From contig JBAQCS010000047.1 of NCBI GenBank assembly GCA_049294415.1, positions 1 to 52,882 on the forward strand: a DNA stretch of 52,882 nucleotides. The letters run 5' to 3'. The position numbers were made by a program, and so were the translations under genes. Source of the DNA: Patescibacteria group bacterium. Its GTDB lineage: Bacteria > Patescibacteriota > Patescibacteriia > Patescibacteriales > UBA12465. A model generated the notes under the pieces. That model worked only from the letters and a program-made list of their open reading frames with translations, had not been told where the DNA came from and searched no databases. This document shows, one piece after another, positions 1 through 9,776 of the stretch (position 1 is the first letter of the stretch; every line of letters begins with the position of its first letter).

Positions 1-1244
1 TCATAATCTTCAATCTTCATACCCATATCTTTTATTCTCTGAGCTAAAACTTCGTAACGTTCTTCACGCTGACTACCGCCAATAATTTCACCAATACCAG
101 GAACAAGTAAATCCATCGCTCTGACAGTCTTGCCATCTTCATTTTGACGCATGTAGAAAGCTTTGATGTCTTTAGGGTAATCAATTAAGAACACTGGCTT
201 ATTATAAATCTTCTCTGTAATATAACGTTCGTGTTCGGTTTGCAAATCAATTCCCCACTCAACAGGATAGGCAAATTTCTCGCCTGATTTAATAAGCATC
301 TCTACTGCTTCAGTATAAGTTACACGAGCAAAATCAGCCGCCGCTACCGCTTTTAATCTTTCAATTAATCCTGGTTCAATAAACTTATCAAAGAATTCCA
401 TTTCTTCCGGCAAGTTAGTTAAAACATAATTAATTAAATATTTTAACATCTTCTCAGCTAAATTCATGTCATCTTCTAAATTAGCAAAAGCCATTTCTGG
501 CTCCATCATCCAGAACTCAGAAGCATGACGAGTAGTATTAGAATTTTCAGCTCTAAAAGTTGGACCGAAAGTATAAACTTTATTTAAGCCCATTACTAAG
601 GCTTCAGCGTTTAATTGACCGCTAACTGTTAGACCAGCTTTTTTACCAAAGAAATCTTCTTTGTAATTAATTTCACCTTTTTCATCACGAGCTACTTTAT
701 TTAAATCTAAAGTAGTCACTTGAAACATTTCACCAGCCCCTTCGGCATCGCTAGTGGAAATAATAGGGGTGTGAATATAATTAAATCCTTCTTCTTGAAA
801 GAATTTATGAATAGCATAACTTAAAGTAGAACGCAGACGATAAACAGCTGAGAAAGTATTACTGCGACCACGTAAGTGAGCAATGGTTCTTAAAAATTCA
901 AAGCTGTGTCTTTTTTTCTGCAAAGGAAAATCTTCAGCAGCTTGATTTAAAACAGTCACACGAGTCGCTTTTAATTCGAAAGCTTGACCAGCAGCTGGAG
1001 ACTCCACTAAAACACCTTCCACTTCTACAGAGGAGCCAATCGAAAGTTTTTCAGCTTCACTAAAATTACTTAGGGCGCTATCAAAAACAATTTGTAACCC
1101 AGTAAAAAAACTGCCATCATTTAATTCCATGAAACCAAATTCTTTAGATGATCTAACAGTTCTAACCCAAGCACCAATAGTAATATTATTATTTAAATAT
1201 TTAGCAGTGTCTGAATGTAATTGTTTGATAGTGGTGTAAGACAT
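1..1244 (-). CDS. asnS: asparaginyl-tRNA synthetase (C-terminal end runs off the left window edge)
   Basis: Absent from ORF track because it is truncated. My translation from ATG at 1244-1242: [47 protein letters not shown]...[33 protein letters not shown]...[18 protein letters not shown]. This matches the AsnRS OB-fold N-terminus and class IIb core. Confidence 0.85.
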   Translation of the reverse strand, partial: MSYTTIKQLHSDTAKYLNNNITIGAWVRTVRSSKEFGFMELNDGSFFTGLQIVFDSALSNFSEAEKLSIGSSVEVEGVLVESPAAGQAFELKATRVTVLNQAAEDFPLQKKRHSFEFLRTIAHLRGRSNTFSAVYRLRSTLSYAIHKFFQEEGFNYIHTPIISTSDAEGAGEMFQVTTLDLNKVARDEKGEINYKEDFFGKKAGLTVSGQLNAEALVMGLNKVYTFGPTFRAENSNTTRHASEFWMMEPEMAFANLEDDMNLAEKMLKYLINYVLTNLPEEMEFFDKFIEPGLIERLKAVAAADFARVTYTEAVEMLIKSGEKFAYPVEWGIDLQTEHERYITEKIYNKPVFLIDYPKDIKAFYMRQNEDGKTVRAMDLLVPGIGEIIGGSQREERYEVLAQRIKDMGMKIEDY

Positions 1245-1269
1245 AAATTTTAAATATTTAATAATTATT

Positions 1270-2571
1270 TTATGGAAGTAAGCGACGAACATCGCGAGGT
1301 AAGAAGCAAGCTTCTTTGACACTGCTCAGTCCTAGGATTTTCATAATTAGACGAGCTGGACCAATACCAACGCCGCCATGTGGCGGACAACCAAAACGGA
1401 AGAAATTAATATAATCTTTTAACTCTTCTAGATTCATACCTTTTTCAATAGCTTGTTTTTCCAAAACGCTCACACGATGTTCACGTTGAGCACCAGTAGT
1501 TATTTCAACACCACGATATAATAAATCAAAACTCTTAGTGGTGTTAGTCTCTGGATAACGCATGTGATAAAAAGCACGGGTTTCAGCTGGGTAATCAGTA
1601 GCAAAAACAAAATCATGACCAGTCTCTTCTTTAACTAAGCGACAAATTTCTCTTTCTTCTTCTGGAGATAAGTCACCTTCTTTTTCACTAGGCACACCAA
1701 TTGCTTTTAACTTAACTTTGATGTCAGCTAAAGTAATACGAGGAAATGGTGAAGTTGGCACTTCAATATCTAAATTTAATTCTTCTTTTAATTTCTTAAA
1801 ACCATTAACTAATAATTTTTCTTCCATGTCCATGATGTCATGGTGAGATTCAATATAAGCAAATTCAAAATCCCAACCAGTAAACTCAGTTACATGGCGA
1901 GTGGTAAAAGATTTTTCAGCGCGAAAAACTGGACCGAAAGTAAAGACTTTTTCAAAGCCCGAAGCAATGGCCATTTGTTTATAAAATTGTGGGGATTGAG
2001 AAAGATAAGCTTTACGATCAAAATATTTTACTTCAAAAACTTCAGAGCCAGTTTCACTAGCAGTGTTCATTAAGCATGGAGTATAGACTTGCATAAAACC
2101 TTCCTTGGCAAAAACTTCACGGAAGCCTTCTTCTAACTTGCTCCAAGTTTTAAAAATTAATTGTTTGTCTTCTTGGCGTAAATCTAACCAACGATTATCA
2201 AAACGTAAATCTATTTCTGCTTCATTATCAGCTTTAGTTAAAACTGGGATTGGTAAATTTTCATCAGCTAGAGATAATATTTCTAAAGAGTCAACTAATA
2301 ATTCATAATCTTTGATGCCGCTATCATCACCCTTCTTAGCTGGTTTTTCCTGTAAGGCACCAGTAACAGAAACGACACTTTCTAGAGTTAATTTAGAAGC
2401 TTCAGCAAAAGCTGGAGATGATTCCAAAACAACGAGCTGCATCTGACCTGACATATCACGTAAATCGATAAAAATAAGACCTTTATGAATACGTAAATTT
2501 CTAGCCCAACCAGCTACTTGGACGCTACCTTGTCCTTGTTTTTTGACATCAGCAATCATCATTCTTGACAT
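1270..2571 (-). CDS. aspS: aspartyl-tRNA synthetase, short archaeal-type (433 aa)
   Basis: Class IIb motifs: [26 protein letters not shown] (motif 2), [15 protein letters not shown] (motif 3). N-terminal OB fold. No bacterial GAD insertion, judged from length. Confidence 0.85.
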   Translation of the reverse strand: MSRMMIADVKKQGQGSVQVAGWARNLRIHKGLIFIDLRDMSGQMQLVVLESSPAFAEASKLTLESVVSVTGALQEKPAKKGDDSGIKDYELLVDSLEILSLADENLPIPVLTKADNEAEIDLRFDNRWLDLRQEDKQLIFKTWSKLEEGFREVFAKEGFMQVYTPCLMNTASETGSEVFEVKYFDRKAYLSQSPQFYKQMAIASGFEKVFTFGPVFRAEKSFTTRHVTEFTGWDFEFAYIESHHDIMDMEEKLLVNGFKKLKEELNLDIEVPTSPFPRITLADIKVKLKAIGVPSEKEGDLSPEEEREICRLVKEETGHDFVFATDYPAETRAFYHMRYPETNTTKSFDLLYRGVEITTGAQREHRVSVLEKQAIEKGMNLEELKDYINFFRFGCPPHGGVGIGPARLIMKILGLSSVKEACFLPRDVRRLLP

Positions 2572-2671
2572 AATATTAAAAATTAATTAAATACTCCCAA
2601 AATATTAATTAAAAAAGCCTTTTATCAGCATTTTACTAGTCAATTTTACATCATCTCATAACTTTTAGCAA

Positions 2672-2703
2672 GAAAAAAAGGTCGAATTATTCGACCTTTT
2701 TTT
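2672..2703 (-). terminator. intrinsic terminator after the 83-aa gene
   Basis: GGTCGAA/TTCGACC stem (2680-2696) flanked by an A-run and a T-run. On the minus strand the hairpin is followed by TTTTTTT. Confidence 0.7.
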
Positions 2704-2721
2704 GTTTTTGTGGCATGACAT

Positions 2722-2973
2722 TTATTTTTTCTTAAACACCTTCGGTTTGTTCGGTTGATACAAAATAGTAACTGGCTCTTTGCCAACTTTTTTGTACAAA
2801 ACTAAGCCGGGCGAACCAGTCATAGTTTGTGCCCGAGCAATAGCGCCTTTGTCGTCATAACCATCATCCGAAGAGAAAGGGATGTTTAAGTCGTGCCCTT
2901 TGATTAAATACTGAATCTTCTCTACTTTAACTGGCGCTTTTTGCGCTCCTACGACCTCCATTTGTTGAAACAT
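2722..2973 (-). CDS. hypothetical small protein (83 aa)
   Basis: ORF with its own promoter-like element, a canonical AAGGAGGT Shine-Dalgarno 4-5 nt upstream of the ATG, and a strong terminator. No family recognised. Confidence 0.65.
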   Translation of the reverse strand: MFQQMEVVGAQKAPVKVEKIQYLIKGHDLNIPFSSDDGYDDKGAIARAQTMTGSPGLVLYKKVGKEPVTILYQPNKPKVFKKK

Positions 2974-2977
2974 TTTG

Positions 2978-2985
2978 ACCTCCTT
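2978..2985 (-). promoter_or_regulatory. canonical Shine-Dalgarno AAGGAGGT for the 83-aa gene
   Basis: Minus-strand mRNA reads UUAAAAAGGAGGUCAAA-AUG. It is the only clear SD found at the roughly 30 start sites I checked. Confidence 0.7.
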
Positions 2986-3012
2986 TTTAAAACAACATTA
3001 TTTGATAAAACA

Positions 3013-3041
3013 AATTTATAACAATCTAAAATTAACGTCAA
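3013..3041 (-). promoter_or_regulatory. promoter: TTGACG plus extended -10 TGTTATAAA (or TAAATT at 17 bp spacing)
   Basis: Minus strand: TTGACG (3041-3036), then TGtTATAAA (3023-3015). It lies immediately after the recO stop. Confidence 0.5.
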
Positions 3042-3050
3042 GACCAAAAA

Positions 3051-3785
3051 TTAATTAAAAATCATAAAAGATCTAACTAAGCAACCTAGTTCTTTAATTA
3101 ACTCGGGTTTAACTTGGATAGATTGATAACTTCCCCGCTCACTAAATAAACGAAGTAATTTGATACAGTCGTCAGATACTTTCATGACTTCATTGGGTAA
3201 GTACTTATTTTGACTAATTTTAAAGCAATTTTCACACACTAAACCACCTTGCCTGAGATTAAAATAATTACTATTAGGGGATATTTTATGGTGACAATCC
3301 AAACAATTATACAGCTCGGGCTTGTAACCTAAAATAGTTAGCAGCTGCAAGGCAAAATAGTTATACAGCAACTCCCCCTGATTTTTATCCAGTTCCAACT
3401 GACATTTATTATTAATAAGTTCTAACCAGTCAGCTACAAAATCATAGAGCTCAGCATCCGGTTCATCTTCTTTTACCTGACTATCAAATAAAGCTAGGGC
3501 TGAGCCGGCAAAATATAAACCGTTTAAATCATTTTTAAGATTAACAAAAGAATCAGTAACTAGGGCACCGCCTAAATAATCAAAAGCACGACCTCGTAAA
3601 ATCATCGCCTTAATCAAACTCATCGGTTCAATATGTCCAGCTAATTTAGATTTAAACTTCTTCACACCACGAGCCACTACCACAATCTTACCAAAGTTTT
3701 TGGTATATAAAACAACGCGGCTATCATGTTCACGATAATCACCGCGTTTTATTATTAAGGCCGCACTAGTCTTACTTTCGTCCAT
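3051..3785 (-). CDS. recO: DNA repair protein RecO
   Basis: N-terminal OB region ALIIKRGDYREHDSRVVLYTKNFGKIVVVARGVKK. C-terminal zinc motif CLDC...CENC. Confidence 0.85.
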   Translation of the reverse strand: MDESKTSAALIIKRGDYREHDSRVVLYTKNFGKIVVVARGVKKFKSKLAGHIEPMSLIKAMILRGRAFDYLGGALVTDSFVNLKNDLNGLYFAGSALALFDSQVKEDEPDAELYDFVADWLELINNKCQLELDKNQGELLYNYFALQLLTILGYKPELYNCLDCHHKISPNSNYFNLRQGGLVCENCFKISQNKYLPNEVMKVSDDCIKLLRLFSERGSYQSIQVKPELIKELGCLVRSFMIFN

Positions 3786-4158
3786 ATCTATCTAAATAAC
3801 TTTGCAAAATTAAGGCTGCCGCAATTTCATCACGACCAGCTCGCATATTTTTAGGTCCACCCATAGCATCTGCTTCCTTGCTACTAAATCTTTCATCAAT
3901 CTCATGAATTGGAATAGTTATTTGTGCAGTAAGTAGTTCTAAAAATTTTAAATAATCAGGACTTAACTTAATATCTAAACCACCTATTTTATAAGGGCGA
4001 CCGATAACAATAGTCGTAATTTCTTCATCAATAATAGTTTGCAAAACTCCAGCTAAATTAGGTACTGTGCCTAACGGTAAAGACAGACCAGTTTCCTCAT
4101 CGGCTGTAGCTAGTCCTATTCTCTTTTCGCCCCAATCAATACCTAAATATTTTTCCAT
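3772..4158 (-). CDS. ruvX: YqgF/RuvX-like putative pre-16S rRNA nuclease / Holliday junction resolvase-like protein
   Basis: LGIDWGEKRIGLATAD N-terminal RNase H-like motif. Size 128 aa. Overlaps recO by 14 nt. Confidence 0.85.
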   Translation of the reverse strand: MEKYLGIDWGEKRIGLATADEETGLSLPLGTVPNLAGVLQTIIDEEITTIVIGRPYKIGGLDIKLSPDYLKFLELLTAQITIPIHEIDERFSSKEADAMGGPKNMRAGRDEIAAALILQSYLDRYGRK

Positions 4159-4159
4159 A

Positions 4160-4990
4160 TTATAAAGTCAAAATTTCACAACCATCTTCAGTCACCGCAA
4201 TAGTATGCTCAAAATGGGCTGACAAAGAACCGTCAGCTGTTAAAATAGTATAATCATTATCAGCTACTTTTACTTTCCAGGTGCCAGCATTAATCATCGG
4301 TTCCACGGCAATTACCATACCGACTTCTAAGGTAAAATTCTCTGACGATTTTTCAGGAACAACATAATTACAAACGTTAGGATCTTCATGGGCGAAATAA
4401 CCGACACCATGCCCTACTAAATCGCGAACTACACCGTAACCATTAGTTTCTGCGATAAACTGAACAGCACGACCAATATCATTAAGCTTATTACCTGGTT
4501 TAATTTTAGAAATAGCTGCCTCTAAACACTGCTTGGAAACCTTCAATAATTTTTTAGCTTCTTGGCTAATTTTACCCACTGGCACAGTCGTACACATATC
4601 AGTATAAAATCCTCCCAGTTCAGAAAATTTATTAACTGGTGCCCCTAATTTAGCTCTTAGTGCGACATCCACTGGCCACTCCATGCCAATATCTAAATCT
4701 ATAATATCGCCGGACTTTAAAATGCGATTAGGTAAAGCTGAACCATGAACTACTTCGTTGTTAATGGAAGCACAAACGGCTGAAGGAAAATAAATGTCAT
4801 CACCCATATCATAATCTTTAAAAGCTGGGCGACCACCAGCCTCCTCCATTAATCTAACAGCTTCACTTTCAATATCGGCAGTGTTTACTCCTGGTGCTAC
4901 CATTTTAGTTAAGTGACGCAAAATAGATGCTAAAATAGCACCTCCTTGTTTGATGATAGCAATTTCCTCTTTTGTTTTTATATAAATCAT
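4160..4990 (-). CDS. map: methionine aminopeptidase type I
   Basis: Pita-bread fold motifs: VVHG, DIIDLDIG, GHGVG, VIAVEPM, AHFEHT. Confidence 0.9.
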   Translation of the reverse strand: MIYIKTKEEIAIIKQGGAILASILRHLTKMVAPGVNTADIESEAVRLMEEAGGRPAFKDYDMGDDIYFPSAVCASINNEVVHGSALPNRILKSGDIIDLDIGMEWPVDVALRAKLGAPVNKFSELGGFYTDMCTTVPVGKISQEAKKLLKVSKQCLEAAISKIKPGNKLNDIGRAVQFIAETNGYGVVRDLVGHGVGYFAHEDPNVCNYVVPEKSSENFTLEVGMVIAVEPMINAGTWKVKVADNDYTILTADGSLSAHFEHTIAVTEDGCEILTL

Positions 4991-5916
4991 GATATTTTCT
5001 TTAATTCTTTCTTATTAACAGCTACTGATAACGATAAAAATAATATCAGTAAAGAAACGGTTGATAGTGGTGCTAACCAAAATGGAAATTCGTGACCATA
5101 AGCTTCAAGTACCATAATTCCACCCAAAATACCAATAGAATACATAGCCCCATTTTTTAAATAGGCAAACTTAGAAATAAAATTAATACCTTTGATAGTC
5201 ATTTCACGAACAATAAAAGCACCTAAACCATTACCTAAAATAATTAAAGGCACACTCATAGTAAAAGCAAAAGCACCGATAACACCATCTAAGGAGAAAG
5301 AAGCATCTAACACCTCTAAATACATAATCTTACTCCAAGCACTCATCGAAGTGGAGGTAAGTAGTGTTTTTTCCTGCTCTTCAGCGTTCTTTTTAAAACC
5401 ATCAGTGATAAAGAAAGCGGACACGCCAATAGTGGCAGCTAGGGCTAAAGCTGGATTTATCTTTAAAGCAAAATAAACTGTGGCAGTAGTTATAATAGAA
5501 GCAATAGCATAGAACCAAGCCCCTTGGCGATGCAAGAAACCTTCAGCTAAAAAAGCATATTTCTTTTCTTCCAAAAACATCCAAGCTAAAAAAACTAAAA
5601 ACAAATAGATACCGCCGCCAAGTAGCAACAAAGGTTTAGATTTATCCAGTGACTCCAAAATAGCTGGGCTATTAGAGAAAGCAGCTGACCAAACTTCCAT
5701 GATACCAAAACTAGGATTAGCTAGCCACACAATAATAAATGGTAAAAGTCCACGAACTAAAAAAACAGCAAAAAGTAATCCCCAGAATAAAAATATCTTA
5801 CGATATTTTTCTGGCATAGTTTTTAAAACATGGGCATTAACAATAGCATTATCCACCGAACTAATAATTTCAAAAACACACAAACCAATCACGATTACAA
5901 TAAAACTCCAAATCAT
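4987..5916 (-). CDS. integral membrane protein, TerC/DUF475-like
   Basis: Multi-TM protein with the duplicated signature EIISSVDNAIVNA ... LDASFSLDGVIGAFAFT. Family call is from memory of the motif only. Confidence 0.5.
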   Translation of the reverse strand: MIWSFIVIVIGLCVFEIISSVDNAIVNAHVLKTMPEKYRKIFLFWGLLFAVFLVRGLLPFIIVWLANPSFGIMEVWSAAFSNSPAILESLDKSKPLLLLGGGIYLFLVFLAWMFLEEKKYAFLAEGFLHRQGAWFYAIASIITTATVYFALKINPALALAATIGVSAFFITDGFKKNAEEQEKTLLTSTSMSAWSKIMYLEVLDASFSLDGVIGAFAFTMSVPLIILGNGLGAFIVREMTIKGINFISKFAYLKNGAMYSIGILGGIMVLEAYGHEFPFWLAPLSTVSLLILFLSLSVAVNKKELKKIS

Positions 5917-5931
5917 AATTTTATATTCTAA

Positions 5932-6231
5932 TTATTTTTGCTTAAAAAACATCAGTACTTCTTTCATTACTTTCAAATCATTTTCTAATAATCCTAATTC
6001 GCTTCGGTTTTCATAGAGATCATGATATTCCTTATCAATTGTCTGTCTGGAAATACCTACGCCGCGACGCCACTTATCACGATGTTCCATTACTAAATCC
6101 ATAATCAATTCTTGATTATGGTCATCTAAAATCTTATATTTAAAATTTTCTCTAATTAAATCATGCAGTTTGAGACGTAAATGAGACTCATCTAAATCTT
6201 TAACTCGTAATAAAAAATCTTGAAGTTCCAT
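5932..6231 (-). CDS. hypothetical protein (99 aa, helical, charged)
   Basis: ORF directly downstream of a promoter and upstream of the TerC-like gene. No family recognised. Confidence 0.55.
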   Translation of the reverse strand: MELQDFLLRVKDLDESHLRLKLHDLIRENFKYKILDDHNQELIMDLVMEHRDKWRRGVGISRQTIDKEYHDLYENRSELGLLENDLKVMKEVLMFFKQK

Positions 6232-6257
6232 ATATTATAATTGATATTTACTAAGAT

Positions 6258-6266
6258 ATTATAACA
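6258..6266 (-). promoter_or_regulatory. extended -10 promoter TGtTATAAT for the 99aa-TerC-map-ruvX-recO operon
   Basis: Minus strand reads GTGTTATAAT about 26 nt upstream of the ATG at 6231, just after the secY terminator. Confidence 0.55.
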
Positions 6267-6275
6267 CTTCCCCTC

Positions 6276-6305
6276 AAAAAGAAAATCCCGCCTATTAAAG
6301 CGGGA
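6276..6305 (-). terminator. intrinsic terminator after secY
   Basis: Minus RNA: GUCCCGC-UUUAAUAG-GCGGGA followed by UUUUCUUUUU. Confidence 0.75.
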
Positions 6306-6331
6306 CTTTCTATATACCAAGGATTTAATGA

Positions 6332-7600
6332 TTAAATACCGTCGTATTCTCTCATAGTTAACTGGGCTTGAATCTGCTTCACAGTTTCAATAACCACCGA
6401 TACTACGATTAAAATACTAGTACCACCAATAGCTAAGGCCTCGATACCAGTGAAAGCTTTAACAATCAATGGTAAGACAGCAATAATAGCTAAGAATAAG
6501 GCACCAATTAAGATAATTTTGTAAGTGGTGTTAGATAGGTAATCAGTAGTGTGCTTACCAGGTCTAATACCAGGAATGAAACCACCTTGTTTTTGTAAGT
6601 TTTCAGAAATTTGATCAGGATGGAAAATAACTTCAGTATAGAAAAAAGTGAAAACAAAAACTAAAATGAAATACAAAATGGCGTACATTAATTGATCATT
6701 AAAGAAAGCGATAACGTTTTGGGAAAAATTAGCAATCCAAGCAGTTTTAGCATGTTGGAAATATTGAGCAATCATCGGCGGAAACATTACTACTGAAATA
6801 GCAAAGATGATTGGAATAACACCAGCCATATTAACGCGCAATGGTAAGTGAGAATTAGTACCACCGTAAGCACGGTTACCTCTAATCTGACGAGCATATT
6901 GCACAGGAATATTGCGTTGTCCTTCATTAATGATAACTACACCAACTACAGTTAAAATACCTACTAAAGCAAAAGCGATTAGTGAAGTAAAATTAACTTG
7001 ATCAAAGCTTAAGAAAGCTTGTTGAATGCTTTGAGGAAGACCAGCTACGATACCAGCAAAAATTAATAGTGAGATACCGTTACCAATTTTCTTTTCAGAA
7101 ATCAGTTCACCAATCCACATCAAGAAAACCGTACCAGCTGTAATAGTGATAATAATAGCAATTAAATCAAAACCAACAGCCGAAATACTAATAGCTTTTG
7201 ATTGGCGAAGTAAGCTAATCATACCAAAAGCTTGCATGGCCGCTAGAGGCACAGTAGCATAGCGAGTCCACATGTTAATCTTCTGACGTCCAGCTTCTTC
7301 CTTTTGCATCTCTTCTAATTTAGGAACAATCATAGCCAACAACTGGAAGATAATAGAAGAAGTGATATAAGGAGCAATACCCATCATGATAATGGAGAAA
7401 TTTTCCATACCACCACCAGCAAAGACATTCATAAATCCTAAAATAGCATTGCCATTAAAGAAATTCTTAAGTCCTGCAGTGTCTACACCAGGAATCGGGA
7501 TGTGAGCTGCTAAACGAAAAATAACCAACATTGCTAAGACGAAGATAATACTATTACGTAAGTCTTTAGCTTTCCAAATTTGTCTAAATTTTTCAAACAT
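6332..7600 (-). CDS. secY: preprotein translocase subunit SecY
   Basis: 10-TM protein at the canonical position after rplO. Contains GIAPYITSSIIFQLL and GISLLIFAGI motifs. Confidence 0.95.
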   Translation of the reverse strand: MFEKFRQIWKAKDLRNSIIFVLAMLVIFRLAAHIPIPGVDTAGLKNFFNGNAILGFMNVFAGGGMENFSIIMMGIAPYITSSIIFQLLAMIVPKLEEMQKEEAGRQKINMWTRYATVPLAAMQAFGMISLLRQSKAISISAVGFDLIAIIITITAGTVFLMWIGELISEKKIGNGISLLIFAGIVAGLPQSIQQAFLSFDQVNFTSLIAFALVGILTVVGVVIINEGQRNIPVQYARQIRGNRAYGGTNSHLPLRVNMAGVIPIIFAISVVMFPPMIAQYFQHAKTAWIANFSQNVIAFFNDQLMYAILYFILVFVFTFFYTEVIFHPDQISENLQKQGGFIPGIRPGKHTTDYLSNTTYKIILIGALFLAIIAVLPLIVKAFTGIEALAIGGTSILIVVSVVIETVKQIQAQLTMREYDGI

Positions 7601-7629
7601 ATAGGTTAGAATACAAGATAATTACGCGA

Positions 7630-7649
7630 AAGACGGCGAGCGCCGTCTT
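7630..7649 (-). other. GC-rich hairpin in the rplO-secY spacer (no U-tract)
   Basis: AAGACGGC-GCUC-GCCGUCUU: 8-bp stem with a tetraloop, followed by UCGCGUAAUU. Not a canonical terminator. Confidence 0.4.
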
Positions 7650-7654
7650 TAGCT

Positions 7655-8068
7655 TTATTTCAATTGGTCAGCTACAGAAGCGCTTAGTTTAACACCAGCT
7701 ACTTTTACCTTAACTGTTAATTTTTCTTTACCTAAGATTTTGATTGGTAAATCTTTTTTAGCAATTAAATCTTTAGCAAATAAAGTTTCAGCGTTAACTA
7801 TTTCACCATCCTTAAAATTATTGTTGATAGCTTTAACAGAAACAACTTGATTATTAGGTTTAATTGATTTAAAACCACGGGATTTAGGAGTTTGTAATAA
7901 TTGCATCTTCATACCCAATCTCTTTAAACCGGAAACACCGGAGCGAGACTTTTGGCCTTTTAGACCGCGAGTACTGTAAGTGCCGTGACCAGAAGAATTA
8001 CCACGTCCAACACGTTTACGTGTTTGACTAGAACCTTTGGCCTTCTTAATTTCATTCAGTGATAACAT
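7655..8068 (-). CDS. rplO: 50S ribosomal protein L15
   Basis: RKRVGRGNSSGHGTYSTRGLKGQKSRSG motif plus operon position. Confidence 0.95.
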   Translation of the reverse strand: MLSLNEIKKAKGSSQTRKRVGRGNSSGHGTYSTRGLKGQKSRSGVSGLKRLGMKMQLLQTPKSRGFKSIKPNNQVVSVKAINNNFKDGEIVNAETLFAKDLIAKKDLPIKILGKEKLTVKVKVAGVKLSASVADQLK

Positions 8069-8115
8069 AAGAAAAAGATTACTTTATAAATATAGCTAGC
8101 TTAAATTAAATCAAT

Positions 8116-8802
8116 TTAAGCCTTCGCCGCAACGGCCTTATCAGAAACAGTTTTTTCAGTTTTTTCAGTCTTAGCAGACTTTTCAACTGGACGAAGGGAT
8201 CTTAAAGCAGAAATAACACAACGAGCATTATTTACTTTATTGTTAGTTCCCATTTGTTTGCAAGTTACATTCTTGATACCAGCTAATTCGAAAATAATAC
8301 GAGCTACGCCACCGGCAATAACACCGCGTCCTTTGCGAGCTGGTTTAAACAAAAGTTTAGCTGCACCTTCTTTAAAATGAAGTTCGTGAGTAATTGTTTC
8401 GTTAACAGAGTTCACTGTGATGATATCTTTTTTAGCTCTATTAACAGCTTTGTTAACGGCCATAGTTACATCAGCACCTTTACCAAGTCCAACGGCAACT
8501 TTACCCTTCTTATCGCCAATAGCAACACAAGCACGAAAATTCATTCTTTTACCACCAGCCATCACACGAGTAACACGAGCGATATCTAGAATGCGTTGTT
8601 CGAACTCATCACGCTTTTCTTCGCGACCACGATCACCACCACGGCGAGGACCACGAGATCCACCACCTTGATTACCGCCGCGTCCACCTCTTTGCCCGCC
8701 TCCATTATTAGAGCCGCCAAATAGATCTTTAGCAACGGTCGCAGCAGCTGAAGTTGCCTTCGCTGGCTGATTATTATTTTGAGCTTTTTTTTCTTCAGAC
8801 AT
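8116..8802 (-). CDS. rpsE: 30S ribosomal protein S5 with an N-terminal Gly/Arg-rich extension and a Lys-rich C-terminal tail
   Basis: Core RVTRVMAGGKRMNFRACVAIGDKKGKVAVGLGKG... The N-terminus carries GGGQRGGRGGNQGGGSRGPRRGGDRGRE. Confidence 0.95.
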   Translation of the reverse strand: MSEEKKAQNNNQPAKATSAAATVAKDLFGGSNNGGGQRGGRGGNQGGGSRGPRRGGDRGREEKRDEFEQRILDIARVTRVMAGGKRMNFRACVAIGDKKGKVAVGLGKGADVTMAVNKAVNRAKKDIITVNSVNETITHELHFKEGAAKLLFKPARKGRGVIAGGVARIIFELAGIKNVTCKQMGTNNKVNNARCVISALRSLRPVEKSAKTEKTEKTVSDKAVAAKA

Positions 8803-8825
8803 ATTGTATTAAAGCATTAAAAAAA

Positions 8826-9179
8826 TTAAAACTGTAGACCGCCTTCACGAGCGCCATCAGCTACCGCTTTTACACGGCCATGATACTTATAACAACCGCG
8901 ATCGAAAACAACAGCTGTGATATTCTTAGTTTTAGCCTTTTCAGCTAATAGTTTACCAAGTTCTAATGACTTGTCAGACTTAGCACCAGCGGATTTTAGT
9001 TCCTTAGTATGGGCGCTAACTAATGTCTGACTATTTTCGTCGTTGATAAGTTGCAAGAACATACCACGATTAGAACGGAAAACAGATAATCTAGGACGTG
9101 CTGCGGTGCCGCTTATTTTGGCACGAACGCGACCATGACGTCTATCTTGACGTGCGTTTTTTAATTTATTCTTATCCAT
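8826..9179 (-). CDS. rplR: 50S ribosomal protein L18
   Basis: RPRLSVFRSNRGMFLQLIND ... VFDRGCYKYHGRVKAVADGAREGGLQF. Confidence 0.95.
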   Translation of the reverse strand: MDKNKLKNARQDRRHGRVRAKISGTAARPRLSVFRSNRGMFLQLINDENSQTLVSAHTKELKSAGAKSDKSLELGKLLAEKAKTKNITAVVFDRGCYKYHGRVKAVADGAREGGLQF

Positions 9180-9212
9180 ACTGTTTAATATTGTTTACAA
9201 ATTTTAGAATTT

Positions 9213-9758
9213 TTATTTGCCTTTAGCTGCTGATTTTCCAGCCTTTCTTCTGATAACTTCTTCAGCATATTTAACACCCTTACCTTTATAAGGTTCTGGT
9301 TTTCTAATCTTACGGATTTTAGCAGCCGTTTCGCCGATTAGTTTTTTATCAAATCCATTTAAAGTAATAACGTTACCTTCAACGATAGCGGTAATACCTT
9401 TTGGTAATTCAAAGACAACTGGGTGAGAAAAGCCTAAAGCCATATTCAGTGTGTTGCCACTGACATTAGCACGATAACCAACGCCATTAATTTCTAGCTT
9501 ACGAATAAAGCCAGTGGAAACGCCCTCAACCATGTTAGCAAATAAAGTGCGATAAAGACCCCACATTGCTCCTGCGTTCTTAGAACCATTTTCGTTAACA
9601 GCTACGATAATTTGACCTTCCTCAATACGAGGTAAAACATCAGCAGTAAAATCCTGTTGTAGTTCCCCTTTAGGACCTTTCACGGTCAAAACACGCCCGT
9701 TTAAAACAGCGCTGACTCCTGATGGTAAAATAATTGGTAATTTTCCTAAACGTGACAT
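9213..9758 (-). CDS. rplF: 50S ribosomal protein L6
   Basis: MSRLGKLPIILPSGV...VKGPKGEL N-terminus. Operon position. Confidence 0.95.
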   Translation of the reverse strand: MSRLGKLPIILPSGVSAVLNGRVLTVKGPKGELQQDFTADVLPRIEEGQIIVAVNENGSKNAGAMWGLYRTLFANMVEGVSTGFIRKLEINGVGYRANVSGNTLNMALGFSHPVVFELPKGITAIVEGNVITLNGFDKKLIGETAAKIRKIRKPEPYKGKGVKYAEEVIRRKAGKSAAKGK

Positions 9759-9776
9759 AATAGTTTATTTAACTAA

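Noticed and set aside
8377-8671. Plus-strand ORFs of 70 and 84 aa antisense to rpsE
   Set aside because: They are the antisense of the Gly/Arg-rich S5 extension, which gives a Pro/Ser/Arg-rich artefact. S5 homology accounts for the DNA.
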